Shown here piece by piece: positions 36,496 through 46,849 of a stretch of 52,180 bases of DNA. The DNA comes from an uncultured Aquificales bacterium. GTDB taxonomy: Bacteria > Aquificota > Aquificia > Aquificales > Hydrogenothermaceae. The stretch's first letter is position 1. Each line of letters starts with the position of its first letter. The translations under genes and the position numbers were made by a program. The stretch covers positions 1-52,180 of the forward strand of contig CAZOTZ010000003.1 in assembly GCA_964582875.1 (NCBI GenBank), written 5' to 3'. The notes beneath the pieces were generated by a model. That model did not search any database. It was not told the DNA's origin and saw only the letters and a list, made by a program, of their open reading frames with translations.

Positions 36496-36788
36496 TGTTG
36501 TCTGAAGAGCTAATAGACAAACTTTCTAATCCACCAGGAAAAAGTGTAAACCTTGTGGTAAAGGTTGACCCAAAGAAGCTGAACTTTATATCTATGGTTG
36601 TAGATGGTCATGGTAGAATTGCCCTTCCAAGAACACGAAGTGGAAAAAAAGGTATCCTTGATTTTTTAACTTCCCCTGACTGTGTAGACCAGCTTTACCT
36701 TATACTTGAAGATATCAAGAAAAACTACGACCCATCCCTTGAAATCATAAAAGACCTTGGAGATGAATGGTTAGAAGCTGTTATTTAA
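36495..36788 (+). CDS. DUF4911-like small protein
   Basis: 97 aa. The start overlaps the upstream stop (TAATG). VKVDPKKLNFISMVVDGHGRIALPRT...GILDFLTSPD resembles the DUF4911 pattern from memory. Confidence 0.5.
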   Translation: MLSEELIDKLSNPPGKSVNLVVKVDPKKLNFISMVVDGHGRIALPRTRSGKKGILDFLTSPDCVDQLYLILEDIKKNYDPSLEIIKDLGDEWLEAVI

Positions 36789-36848
36789 CATTGCAATAAA
36801 AAATAAACTGTCTATTTTTATCAACAAAAGATATTGTGAGTTATAAAA

Positions 36849-39005
36849 ATGGCTAAAACAATTGAAAATTCAGTAATAGATGAGCTTATAGAAAAAGTCT
36901 CATACCTTTCAGAAGAAGACAGAAAGAAAATAAAGGAAGCTGCTGAGTATATAGTTAAAAAACATGAAGGTCAGTTCAGAAAGTCAGGGGAACCTTATTA
37001 CATCCACCCAATAGAGGCAGCAAAAATCCTTGCAGATTTAAAGCTTGATAGGACTACAATAGTATCAGCTCTTTTGCATGATGTTGTTGAGGATACAGAT
37101 ACAACCCTTGATGAAATATCAGAAAAGTTTGGAGAAGATGTAGCTCTTATAGTTGATGGTGTCACAAAGATAAGCAAGTACAAGTTTACAAGTAAAGAAG
37201 AAGCAGAAGCTGAAAATTTCAGAAAGATGCTTGTTTCTATGGCTAAAGATATTAGAGTTATCCTTGTTAAACTCGCTGACAGACTCCATAATGTAAGAAC
37301 CCTGCAGTATCTTCCTGAGCATAAACAAAAAAGGATAGCAAAAGAGACCCTTGACATTTACGCACCTTTAGCTGCAAGGCTTGGTTTGTGGAAGATTAAA
37401 AGTGAACTTGAAGATACATCTTTTAAATTTTTTAATCCAGAAGAGTATAAAAGAATAACAACATACGTAGCCCAATCAAAAACAGCTCAGGAAAGGTTTT
37501 TAAGGGAAGAAGTTGTACCAAAGATAAAAGAAGCCTTAGAAAAACACGGTATAGAAGCCCAAATCCAGTACAGGACAAAACATATATACAGTATTTATGA
37601 AAAAACAATAAGGAAAAATATAGGACTTAGTGATATATACGATATTTACGGGATAAGAATACTTGTTCATGATATAAAAGACTGTTATCTGACCCTTGGA
37701 ATAATCCATTCCTTATGGCCGCCTGTTCCTGGAAGGTTTAAAGATTACATATCACTACCTAAATCCAATATGTACCAGGCACTTCACACAACTGTAATAA
37801 CAGAAAAAGGTAAATTTGTTGAAATACAGATAAAAACATTTGAGATGCACAAAATAGCAGAAGAAGGTATAGCAGCTCACTGGAGGTATAAAGGAGGAAA
37901 ATACTTATCTGAAAAGGATTTACAGTCTTTTACATGGCTAAGAAATGTTCTTGAGTCTTTGAAAGAAGAGAAATCAAAAGAAGTAATCTCATCTATAAAA
38001 AACGATATTGCAAGTGATGAGATATTTGTTTTTACCCCAAAAGGAGACCTTATTAAGCTCCCTGTTGGAGCTACACCTGTTGATTTTGCCTATTACATCC
38101 ATACACAGGTAGGTCATAAAACAGCTGGAGCAAAGGTAAATGGTAGGATAGTTCCCCTTGATACAAAATTGAAAAACGGTGATGTTGTAGAAATTATAAC
38201 TGCGAAGGTTAATAAGCCAAGTAGAGACTGGCTTAAGTTTGTTGTAACTACAAAAGCAAAAACACATATAAAACAGTACATAGCGAAACAGGAAAGAAAC
38301 AGACTTATTAAATTTGGAGAAAAGCTTCTTAATAAATTTTTAAGAAAAATAGACAAAACAGTTTCATCTTTAACAGAAGAAGAAAAGGGTAAACTTTTAG
38401 AGAGGTTTAACTATAAAACCTTTGAAGATTTTATCCTTGCAGTAGGTGAAGGAAGAATTTCCCCTCAGAAGATACTATCAACTTTAAAGAGAAAAACTGA
38501 AAAAGCAAAATCAGAAAAATCTGAAACAAAGTCTTTAGATACAGAAGCTGTTGTTGAAGTTGATGGAATTTCAAATATACTCACAAGTATCGCAAAGTGC
38601 TGTTGTCCTATACCTGGAGATGATATTGTAGGGGTAATACTGAAAGGTAAAGGTATTTCAATACACGCAAAAAACTGTCCTAACATAAAAAGTATAGTGG
38701 AAGAAGAACCGGAAAGAACAATAACAGCTGTCTGGAACAAATCAAACTTGAAACCTGTTTTTCCAGCTTACGTTAGGGTTATTTCTGAAGATAGGCCAGG
38801 TCTTTTAGCTGAAATGTCTGCTGCTATTGCAAGTACTAAAACAAACATATCAAGTGCTAAAATAAGAACAAGAAGAGATGGAAAAGCTGTAAATGATTTT
38901 AAAGTGCATGTGAAAGATATAGACCATCTGAACAAAATAATCTCAAACCTTAGAAGAGTTAAAGGTGTAGATTCTGTCAGTAGGATTTGTATGAAAAGTA
39001 GCTAA
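36849..39005 (+). CDS. spoT: Bifunctional (p)ppGpp synthetase/hydrolase (RelA/SpoT homologue)
   Basis: HD hydrolase motif (HPIEAAKIL...LLHDVVEDT), synthetase block (YRTKHIYSIYEKT...DIYGIRILV), TGS (VFTPKGDLIKLPVGATPVDFAY) and a C-terminal ACT domain. Confidence 0.95.
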   Translation: MAKTIENSVIDELIEKVSYLSEEDRKKIKEAAEYIVKKHEGQFRKSGEPYYIHPIEAAKILADLKLDRTTIVSALLHDVVEDTDTTLDEISEKFGEDVALIVDGVTKISKYKFTSKEEAEAENFRKMLVSMAKDIRVILVKLADRLHNVRTLQYLPEHKQKRIAKETLDIYAPLAARLGLWKIKSELEDTSFKFFNPEEYKRITTYVAQSKTAQERFLREEVVPKIKEALEKHGIEAQIQYRTKHIYSIYEKTIRKNIGLSDIYDIYGIRILVHDIKDCYLTLGIIHSLWPPVPGRFKDYISLPKSNMYQALHTTVITEKGKFVEIQIKTFEMHKIAEEGIAAHWRYKGGKYLSEKDLQSFTWLRNVLESLKEEKSKEVISSIKNDIASDEIFVFTPKGDLIKLPVGATPVDFAYYIHTQVGHKTAGAKVNGRIVPLDTKLKNGDVVEIITAKVNKPSRDWLKFVVTTKAKTHIKQYIAKQERNRLIKFGEKLLNKFLRKIDKTVSSLTEEEKGKLLERFNYKTFEDFILAVGEGRISPQKILSTLKRKTEKAKSEKSETKSLDTEAVVEVDGISNILTSIAKCCCPIPGDDIVGVILKGKGISIHAKNCPNIKSIVEEEPERTITAVWNKSNLKPVFPAYVRVISEDRPGLLAEMSAAIASTKTNISSAKIRTRRDGKAVNDFKVHVKDIDHLNKIISNLRRVKGVDSVSRICMKSS

Positions 39006-39014
39006 GAGGTTAAG

Positions 39015-39554
39015 ATGAAAAGGATTTTTATCGGAAGTTTCATAACTTCAAAAACACTCAAGAGGAACTATCCCTTTATAAAAAAAGAGTTTGGTGGTTC
39101 GTTAAAAGGGAGATGGACTCCTTTTGAAAATCTCCATATCACTTATAAGTTTATTGGAAATGTAGAAGACAGTCAGATATCTTTAATAAAAGAATCCTTG
39201 CAAAAAATCCTTGATGTGGAAACAGAAGTTAATATTATTTTTAAAGGATTTGGTGTTTTCCCAAATCTGAAAAATCCTAAAGTGTTTTATTTAAAAGTTG
39301 ATGATGAAAATGGTAAACTTGGGGAAATAAACAGTTATATTCAGGAAAAACTTTCTTTAATAGGTTATCAGAAGGACATTAAACCATTTATACCCCATAT
39401 AACATTAAAAAGACCTAAACATGTTCACTTTGAGGATTTTATGGTAAAAATGAAAAAATTTGAACATAAAGTTTTTGGACAGCAGGCAAAGGTACAGGTT
39501 AATGTGATACAAAGCATATTATCCCCAAAAGGGGCTAAGTATATTAAGATTTAA
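39015..39554 (+). CDS. thpR: RNA 2',3'-cyclic phosphodiesterase / 2'-5' RNA ligase (2H phosphoesterase)
   Basis: Two HxTxx motifs: LHITYKFIG and PHITLKR; 179 aa. Confidence 0.88.
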   Translation: MKRIFIGSFITSKTLKRNYPFIKKEFGGSLKGRWTPFENLHITYKFIGNVEDSQISLIKESLQKILDVETEVNIIFKGFGVFPNLKNPKVFYLKVDDENGKLGEINSYIQEKLSLIGYQKDIKPFIPHITLKRPKHVHFEDFMVKMKKFEHKVFGQQAKVQVNVIQSILSPKGAKYIKI

Positions 39555-39568
39555 CAGAATATGTTTAT

Positions 39569-39650
39569 CCCGCGGGGGTAGTCCTTTTTAAAGGACTTGA
39601 GATTATACCCTTTGAACCTGATGCGGTTAATACCGACGTAGGGAAGCGGG
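39569..39650 (+). promoter_or_regulatory. TPP (THI-box) riboswitch aptamer controlling thiC
   Basis: P1 pairs CCCGC with GCGGG. Conserved blocks are GGGGTA..., TTGAGA, ACCCTTTGAACCTGAT, GCGGTTAATACCGAC and GTAGGGAAGC. It lies directly upstream of thiC. Confidence 0.93.
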
Positions 39651-39662
39651 CTTTGAAATATT

Positions 39663-39706
39663 AAAGCCACCTTTCTACGTTAACCGCAGGAAGGTGGCTT
39701 TTTTAA
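39663..39706 (+). terminator. Riboswitch expression-platform terminator
   Basis: AAAGCCACCTT (39663..39673) pairs with AAGGTGGCTTT (39691..39701) and is followed by TTTT. It lies 30 nt before the thiC start. Confidence 0.85.
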
Positions 39707-39711
39707 TATAA

Positions 39712-41097
<1,386 letters not shown>

Positions 41098-41118
41098 GAT
41101 TTAAGGGGCTTTATGCCC

Positions 41119-42804
41119 CTACTCTTCAATACCTTTTGACAGTTTAAATATACCAATCTTGTTCTCCACATTCTTTGCAAGTTTAACACTCTCTTTTGCT
41201 TTTTTTACAACTTCTTTGTTCTTTGCTTTATTTTCTTCTGATAATTCTGCAATGCTTGTCATATGTTTTGATATATCTTTAAGGGTTTTTGTCTGATGGT
41301 TTAAATCTTCAACAACTGAATCTAAAAGGTCTTTAAGTTCAGTATAAAGATTACTTACCTTTAGATACCCATCGTTAGCATGGTTCACGATTTTTTCTGC
41401 TTCTTTTACAACGTTCATAATATCTTCAACAGAGTTTTGTACATTCTTTGCAAAATTAGCTGTTATCTCAGCAAGTTTTCTTATCTCATCTGCAACAACA
41501 GCAAAACCATTTCCGTATTCTCCGGCCCTTGCTGCCTCTATTGAAGCATTTAAAGCAAGAAGATTTGTCTGTGATGATATTGATATTATCTGGTTTGTTA
41601 AATAACTGATTTTTTCTCCTGATTTTTTAAGCTCCTGAACAGACTGGAAAATCCTTTTCATATACTTATCTTCTTCTTCAATACTTTCTTTTACCTCTAC
41701 ACCCACATACTGAACTTTATTAATGTTGTTGTTTATAGAAGATATCTTTTTTGCAAGTAAATCTAATGCATCGTTAATATCATGGGTACTCTGATTTTGC
41801 TCCTGTATATTATTGGAAACCTCAATTATTTTATGGTATATATCTTCAATCTCTTTTAGAATACTCTCAAAGTCTTTTTTCAAAGAGGAAAAAAGATTTT
41901 CAAGGGAAGATATACTTCTGTTTATATTGTTTGATAGGGACTTAAACTCCCCTTCCATATTTTTCTCAATTCTTTTAGTTAAATCCCCCTTTGATAAATG
42001 CTCCATAACTGTTTTTATTTCTGTAAAGTTTTGACTAAGTTCATCAAGGAACTGGTTAAACTCCCTTGCCGTTTCACCTGCCTCATCTTTAAGATTACTA
42101 TCTATTTTTGTTGAAAAGTCTCCTTTTAAAGCTTTTTTCATACCTTCTTTTAACTTTTCAAAAATATTTATGTATTTTCCTAAAAAAACAGTCATATAAG
42201 CTCCTATTACCAGAAATAGAAAAATAGAAATAAATCCGATTTCCCTGAGTGTTTCTATAGAAGCTGTTCTTATAGAGCTCAAATCTGTCTTTATTGTTAT
42301 AGCTCCAAGTACATCTCCTTCTTTTGCGTTTGTATGACAGGATAAGCAGTTTGGATTTCCTTTTGAAGTTGCTGTGTAGGGTATTGTTATTCTGAAAATG
42401 ACTTCATCTAAACTTTCTTCAAGTTTTGTCTGTTTTTTCCCTGTCTCAAGGGCTTTTATATCAAGGTCATCTAAAGGTTTTTCCTCTCTTTTCCCTTTTC
42501 CAAAAAGCTCGTCAACTTTTTGCCCCCTTATTATCCTTAACTCTTTTATTTTTTCTGTATTTCTAATCTGATTTAAAAAATAATCTCTCATGTTCATTGT
42601 TCCTGTTATCATATGGGCAGTTAAACCATCTTTAACAAGCTGGGCTACAATCTCAGCATTATTTTCTGCAGTTTTTAGACCGTATTCCCTGAGCTTCAAG
42701 GCAGTTATTATTCCAGCGATAACGATAAGGGATAAAATTGAAATACCAGTTCTAAGAAGGATTTTCTTTCTTAAAGACATCACTCCCCCCTTTGTTTCAG
42801 GCAC
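41119..42804 (-). CDS. Methyl-accepting chemotaxis protein with a periplasmic haem-c (CXXCH) sensor domain
   Basis: Two TM helices bracket a ~160-aa periplasmic domain containing [28 protein letters not shown] domain follows, then the conserved signalling hairpin [32 protein letters not shown]. Confidence 0.9.
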   Translation of the reverse strand: MPETKGGVMSLRKKILLRTGISILSLIVIAGIITALKLREYGLKTAENNAEIVAQLVKDGLTAHMITGTMNMRDYFLNQIRNTEKIKELRIIRGQKVDELFGKGKREEKPLDDLDIKALETGKKQTKLEESLDEVIFRITIPYTATSKGNPNCLSCHTNAKEGDVLGAITIKTDLSSIRTASIETLREIGFISIFLFLVIGAYMTVFLGKYINIFEKLKEGMKKALKGDFSTKIDSNLKDEAGETAREFNQFLDELSQNFTEIKTVMEHLSKGDLTKRIEKNMEGEFKSLSNNINRSISSLENLFSSLKKDFESILKEIEDIYHKIIEVSNNIQEQNQSTHDINDALDLLAKKISSINNNINKVQYVGVEVKESIEEEDKYMKRIFQSVQELKKSGEKISYLTNQIISISSQTNLLALNASIEAARAGEYGNGFAVVADEIRKLAEITANFAKNVQNSVEDIMNVVKEAEKIVNHANDGYLKVSNLYTELKDLLDSVVEDLNHQTKTLKDISKHMTSIAELSEENKAKNKEVVKKAKESVKLAKNVENKIGIFKLSKGIEE

Positions 42805-42828
42805 ATTTATAATTTTTATCGCAATTTG

Positions 42829-42847
42829 TTGATAAAAATTTTATCAA
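42829..42847. promoter_or_regulatory. Perfect 19-bp palindrome in the divergent MCP / uvrC-operon intergenic region
   Basis: TTGATAAAA-A-TTTTATCAA, with 9-bp arms and no mismatch. Confidence 0.4.
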
Positions 42848-42888
42848 AATATATATTAAGAAAGTTCAAAACATAAAAAGGGGTACTT

Positions 42889-43242
42889 ATGGAAGTAAAA
42901 GTAGGAAATCAAATTCCATATTTTGAGTTTTTAGATGGGATAAAAGGTAAGAATCTTTACGACCTTAAGCAAAAATTCCACATTGTCATATATAACACAC
43001 AAGAAGATTTTTTAGAGGAAAAAGAAACAGAGTTTGAAAGAGCAAACGTAAAGCTTATAGATGCTGTGCAGATAACTACTAAAGACTTTTTAGAAAAGTT
43101 TGGATTAAAAGAGGATGAAGAGTTTATCATAATCGCTGATAGATACGGGATAATCCAGTATGTAAGTAAAAAAATTCCTTCTTTTGATGAAATTATGGGA
43201 ATTATATCCTTTTCTGAAGATGAAGGTTGCTGTGCCCTTTAA
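42889..43242 (+). CDS. Thioredoxin-fold, peroxiredoxin-like protein lacking the catalytic Cys and ending in GCCAL
   Basis: KVGNQIPYFEFLDGIKGKNLYDLKQKFHIVIY mimics the AhpC/TSA N-terminus (vGd.aPdF.l.d..G..v.L.d.kgk.vvl.f), but no Cys follows. RBS AAAGGGG; 117 aa. Confidence 0.55.
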   Translation: MEVKVGNQIPYFEFLDGIKGKNLYDLKQKFHIVIYNTQEDFLEEKETEFERANVKLIDAVQITTKDFLEKFGLKEDEEFIIIADRYGIIQYVSKKIPSFDEIMGIISFSEDEGCCAL

Positions 43243-43244
43243 AA

Positions 43245-44969
43245 ATGAACTGGAAAGAGATAATAGAAAAAGCACCAGAAGAAAGTGGAGTTTACCTTTT
43301 TAAAGGTTCAAATGGGAAGTATGTATATATAGGAAAAGCAAAGAATATAAAAAAAAGATTAAAAGGACATCTAAATCAGGAAAAAGTAGACCCTAAGGAA
43401 AAGAAAATATTTGAAGAAAGTCAAACTGTAGAATGGATTATAACAAAATCTGAGTATGAAGCTTTTGTTCTTGAAAATGAGCTTATAAAACAGTACAAGC
43501 CTAAGTACAACGTTAGACTTAAATCAGGTTCAGGTTATCCAATGCTTGTTATAACAGATGAGGATTTTCCAACTGTTAAAATCAGTAGGACATACGGTGA
43601 GATAAAAGGGGAGTACTTTGGACCTTTTATCCCTGCAAAAACAGCAAGAGCAATGAAAGACCTGATCCACAGACTTTTTAAACTAAGAACATGTGACCCT
43701 CTACCAAAAAGAGATATTGTATGTTTTGATTACCACTTAGGACTATGTTCAGCTCCTTGTGTTGGCAGGATATCAAAAAAGGAGTATACCCTTGACGTTA
43801 AGGCAGCAAAAGCTTTTCTATCTGGGAATGTCAAGAATGTTATATACCAGCTCTACGACCGGATTAACGAATACACTGAAAAAATGATGTTTGAAAAAGC
43901 AGCAGTTGTAAGAGACCAGATAAAAGCACTGGAAAATATACTTCAAAAACAAGGAATTGTAGGTTTACCTGTTGAAGAGGCTGATATTTTCTTTTTTAAA
44001 GAAAAAGACGTTTATCTTATTGTCGTAAGGGGATACAGAATAGCAGGTAAAGAGAATCTAAAACTATACTCTTCTGATTTCATTGGTGAATATCAGAAAG
44101 ATATCATAACTGGATATTACATGAAAGGAAACTACATCCCAGAGAAGATTTTTACAAATGCCAATATAAAGGAAAAACAGTTTTTGGAAAAATGGCTTTC
44201 AAAGAGAAAAGGTGGGGATGTAAAAGTAGATAAAGAGATACCACAGCAGATATTAGATTTTATAAATAGAAATATAAGTTTTGAAGGTGAAGATTTAAAA
44301 GAAGTTTCATCTGTTTTCAAAAAGGTTTTTGGTTTTGAACTCCCAGAGAGGATAGAAGGTTTTGATATATCAACACTTCAGGGAAACTTTAATGTAGGTT
44401 CCTGTGTTGTATGGATAAACGGAAAAATGGAAAAAAGAGAATACAGAAAGTATAAAGTAAAAACAGTAAAAGGTGTAGATGATTACGCGTCTTTAAGGGA
44501 AGTTCTTTTTAGAAGATTTAAAAGATACAAAGAGGAAGGAATAAATCCCCTTGTTCTTATAGATGGGGGCAAAGGACAGCTTAAACAGGGATTAATTGTA
44601 AAAGATGCCCTTGGGCTTGAAAATCTAAGGATTTTCTCAATAGCAAAAAAAGAAGAGATTATTTATACAGATGACGGTAAAGAGGTAAAACTTTTTGATT
44701 ATCATCCACTTTTAAAACTTTTTACTAAAATAAGAGATGAAGCCCACAGATTTGCAGTTTCTTATAACAGAAAACTAAGGGAAAAGGAAGGATTAAAAGA
44801 GGTTTTAGATAACATAGAAGGTGTAGGTAAAAAAAGAAAAGAGATACTTTACAGAACATTTAAAACAGTAGAGAATATAGCTAAAGCTGATATTGAACAG
44901 TTAAGAAAACTTGGTATCCCTTACAACGTAGCCCAGAACATAAAAAAGTATTTAGGACAGGAAAAATGA
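43245..44969 (+). CDS. uvrC: Excinuclease ABC subunit C. The start was chosen at ATG 43245.
   Basis: GIY-YIG (GVYLFKGSNGKYVYIGKAKNIKKRLKGH), UVR motif (MFEKAAVVRDQIKALE), RNase H-like endonuclease domain and a C-terminal (HhH)2. Confidence 0.95.
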   Translation: MNWKEIIEKAPEESGVYLFKGSNGKYVYIGKAKNIKKRLKGHLNQEKVDPKEKKIFEESQTVEWIITKSEYEAFVLENELIKQYKPKYNVRLKSGSGYPMLVITDEDFPTVKISRTYGEIKGEYFGPFIPAKTARAMKDLIHRLFKLRTCDPLPKRDIVCFDYHLGLCSAPCVGRISKKEYTLDVKAAKAFLSGNVKNVIYQLYDRINEYTEKMMFEKAAVVRDQIKALENILQKQGIVGLPVEEADIFFFKEKDVYLIVVRGYRIAGKENLKLYSSDFIGEYQKDIITGYYMKGNYIPEKIFTNANIKEKQFLEKWLSKRKGGDVKVDKEIPQQILDFINRNISFEGEDLKEVSSVFKKVFGFELPERIEGFDISTLQGNFNVGSCVVWINGKMEKREYRKYKVKTVKGVDDYASLREVLFRRFKRYKEEGINPLVLIDGGKGQLKQGLIVKDALGLENLRIFSIAKKEEIIYTDDGKEVKLFDYHPLLKLFTKIRDEAHRFAVSYNRKLREKEGLKEVLDNIEGVGKKRKEILYRTFKTVENIAKADIEQLRKLGIPYNVAQNIKKYLGQEK

Positions 44970-45787
44970 GGTTGATTTTACTTTTTTTAGCTTTTTTTGT
45001 GTATACTTCTTTTGGAGCTGAAATATCTATAAACAGGACAACCTTTTATACAGGGGATATAGGAAAAGTATTTATAAAAAACTTCCAGGGAAAACACAGG
45101 TACCAGATAGTTATAAAAGATAAAAAGATAAGGTTAGTTTTTCCTGTAGTTTCTAAAGTTGGCTACTTTGGAATACCAGTTTTTGCTGGTAAAAAAGCAA
45201 AACTTTATATAAAAAAGGATAATAAAGTAGTTTTTGCAAAAACGATTTTTATAAAAAGGAAAAAGTACCCTATTTCCCGTATTACAGTAAAAGAAAGAAA
45301 ACTTACAAAAGAGCTTATTAAAAGGATAAGAAGAGAAAATAAACTTTTAAGAAGAATATTCAAAGTATACACAAAAAAGCTTTTTAGGGAAAAATACATG
45401 AAGAAGCCCCTTAAAAAACTTGTTATAACAACACCGTTTGGGGCAAGAAGAATAATAAATAATAAAAAACGTTCTATCCATTGGGGAACAGATTTTAAAG
45501 GCAGGCTTGGAGAGCCTATTTTTGCATCCCTGTCAGGTAGAGTTGTACTTGCGAGGAATCTTTATTACACAGGAAACACAGTTGTGATAAACCATGGACT
45601 TGGACTTTATACTTTATACGCACATATGTCTAAGATAAATGTAAAAGAAGGACAGTTTGTTAAAGCTGGACAGATTATTGGAAAAGTTGGCTCAACAGGT
45701 CGTTCAACAGCTCCACATTTACACTTTGGGGTTTATATAAACGACGTAAAAGTCGACCCTATGCTTTTATTAAAAAAGAAACTCTAA
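44966..45787 (+). CDS. M23 family metallopeptidase (LytM-type)
   Basis: HWGTDF and APHLHFGVY zinc-ligand motifs with a signal peptide. The ATGA start overlaps the uvrC stop. Confidence 0.9.
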   Translation: MRLILLFLAFFVYTSFGAEISINRTTFYTGDIGKVFIKNFQGKHRYQIVIKDKKIRLVFPVVSKVGYFGIPVFAGKKAKLYIKKDNKVVFAKTIFIKRKKYPISRITVKERKLTKELIKRIRRENKLLRRIFKVYTKKLFREKYMKKPLKKLVITTPFGARRIINNKKRSIHWGTDFKGRLGEPIFASLSGRVVLARNLYYTGNTVVINHGLGLYTLYAHMSKINVKEGQFVKAGQIIGKVGSTGRSTAPHLHFGVYINDVKVDPMLLLKKKL

Positions 45788-45796
45788 AGGAAAAAG

Positions 45797-46849
45797 ATGG
45801 CTAAAGACCCAAGTAAAACAGAAAAGGCAACACCCCGGCGTAGGCAGAAGGCAAGGGAAGAGGGGCAGGTTCCAAGGAGCATGGATATTCCCATTGCTAC
45901 TACACTTCTTATAACTTTCCTTATTATGTTCTTTTACATTCCTTTCGCTTATAAATACCTGTACCAGTATTTTACTTTTACATTTTCAGACCTTTTTCAC
46001 AACCTTCCTGAACTAAACTCAGTTTTTATTTATGAAACTGTAAAGATATTTCTTATACTTATAGCCCCTATTTTTGTTTTTTTACTTACAGCAGGTATAG
46101 CTTCAAATGTTGCCCAGTTTGGTTTTTTACTTACCCTAAAACCCCTTATCCCTAAACTAAACAGATTAAATGTTATTTCCGGACTTGGAAGACTTTTCTC
46201 TTTAAAAACAGTATTTGAACTTGTAAGAAACCTTCTTAAACTCTCTTTTGCCTCTGCTGTTGCTTATTTTATTGTGAAACATATGTCAGATGATATTTTT
46301 TCTATGTCCTTTATTCCTTTCGGAGATGAAGTTTACTTTCTTTTTAAGTACATAATGACCCTTTTACTTGCTTTTGTTCTTATTTCTGTTCCTGTAGCAG
46401 TTATAGATTTTTTGTATAGAAGATGGGAGTATGAAGAAAATATAAAAATGAGTAAAGAGGAGATAAAAGAGGAAAGAAAACTTTACGAAGGGAATCCACA
46501 GATAAAAGCTGCTTTAAGGAAGAAACAAAGGGAACTTGCAATGAGAAGAATGATGTCTGAAGTACCAAAGGCTGATGTTGTTATAACTAACCCTGAACAC
46601 TACGCAGTTGCTCTCCAGTATAAAAGGGGAGAGATGGCAGCACCTAAAGTGATAGCAAAAGGTAAAGATAACATTGCACTAAAAATAAAAGAGATAGCTG
46701 AAAAAAACAGTATTCCTGTTGTGGAAGACCCTCCCCTTGCAAGGAGTCTTTATTCAAGTTGTGACATAGGAGACTTTATTCCAGAAAGTCTTTATGTTGC
46801 AGTGGCGAAAATCCTTGCAAAAATCTATAAACAACAGGGAGAAACTTAA
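45797..46849 (+). CDS. flhB: Flagellar type III export apparatus switch protein FlhB
   Basis: N-terminal DPSKTEKATPRRRQKAREEGQVPRS, four TM helices and the autocleavage site NPEHYAVAL (NPTH-type). Confidence 0.93.
   Translation: MAKDPSKTEKATPRRRQKAREEGQVPRSMDIPIATTLLITFLIMFFYIPFAYKYLYQYFTFTFSDLFHNLPELNSVFIYETVKIFLILIAPIFVFLLTAGIASNVAQFGFLLTLKPLIPKLNRLNVISGLGRLFSLKTVFELVRNLLKLSFASAVAYFIVKHMSDDIFSMSFIPFGDEVYFLFKYIMTLLLAFVLISVPVAVIDFLYRRWEYEENIKMSKEEIKEERKLYEGNPQIKAALRKKQRELAMRRMMSEVPKADVVITNPEHYAVALQYKRGEMAAPKVIAKGKDNIALKIKEIAEKNSIPVVEDPPLARSLYSSCDIGDFIPESLYVAVAKILAKIYKQQGET

Noticed and set aside
41100-41122. GGGGC-TTTAT-GCCCC hairpin between thiC and the MCP gene as a terminator
   Set aside because: No U-tract follows on the + strand, and only a weak one (TTAAATCTT) follows on the minus strand. 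The stem also overlaps the MCP stop codon. It may still function, but it is not strong enough to list as a feature.
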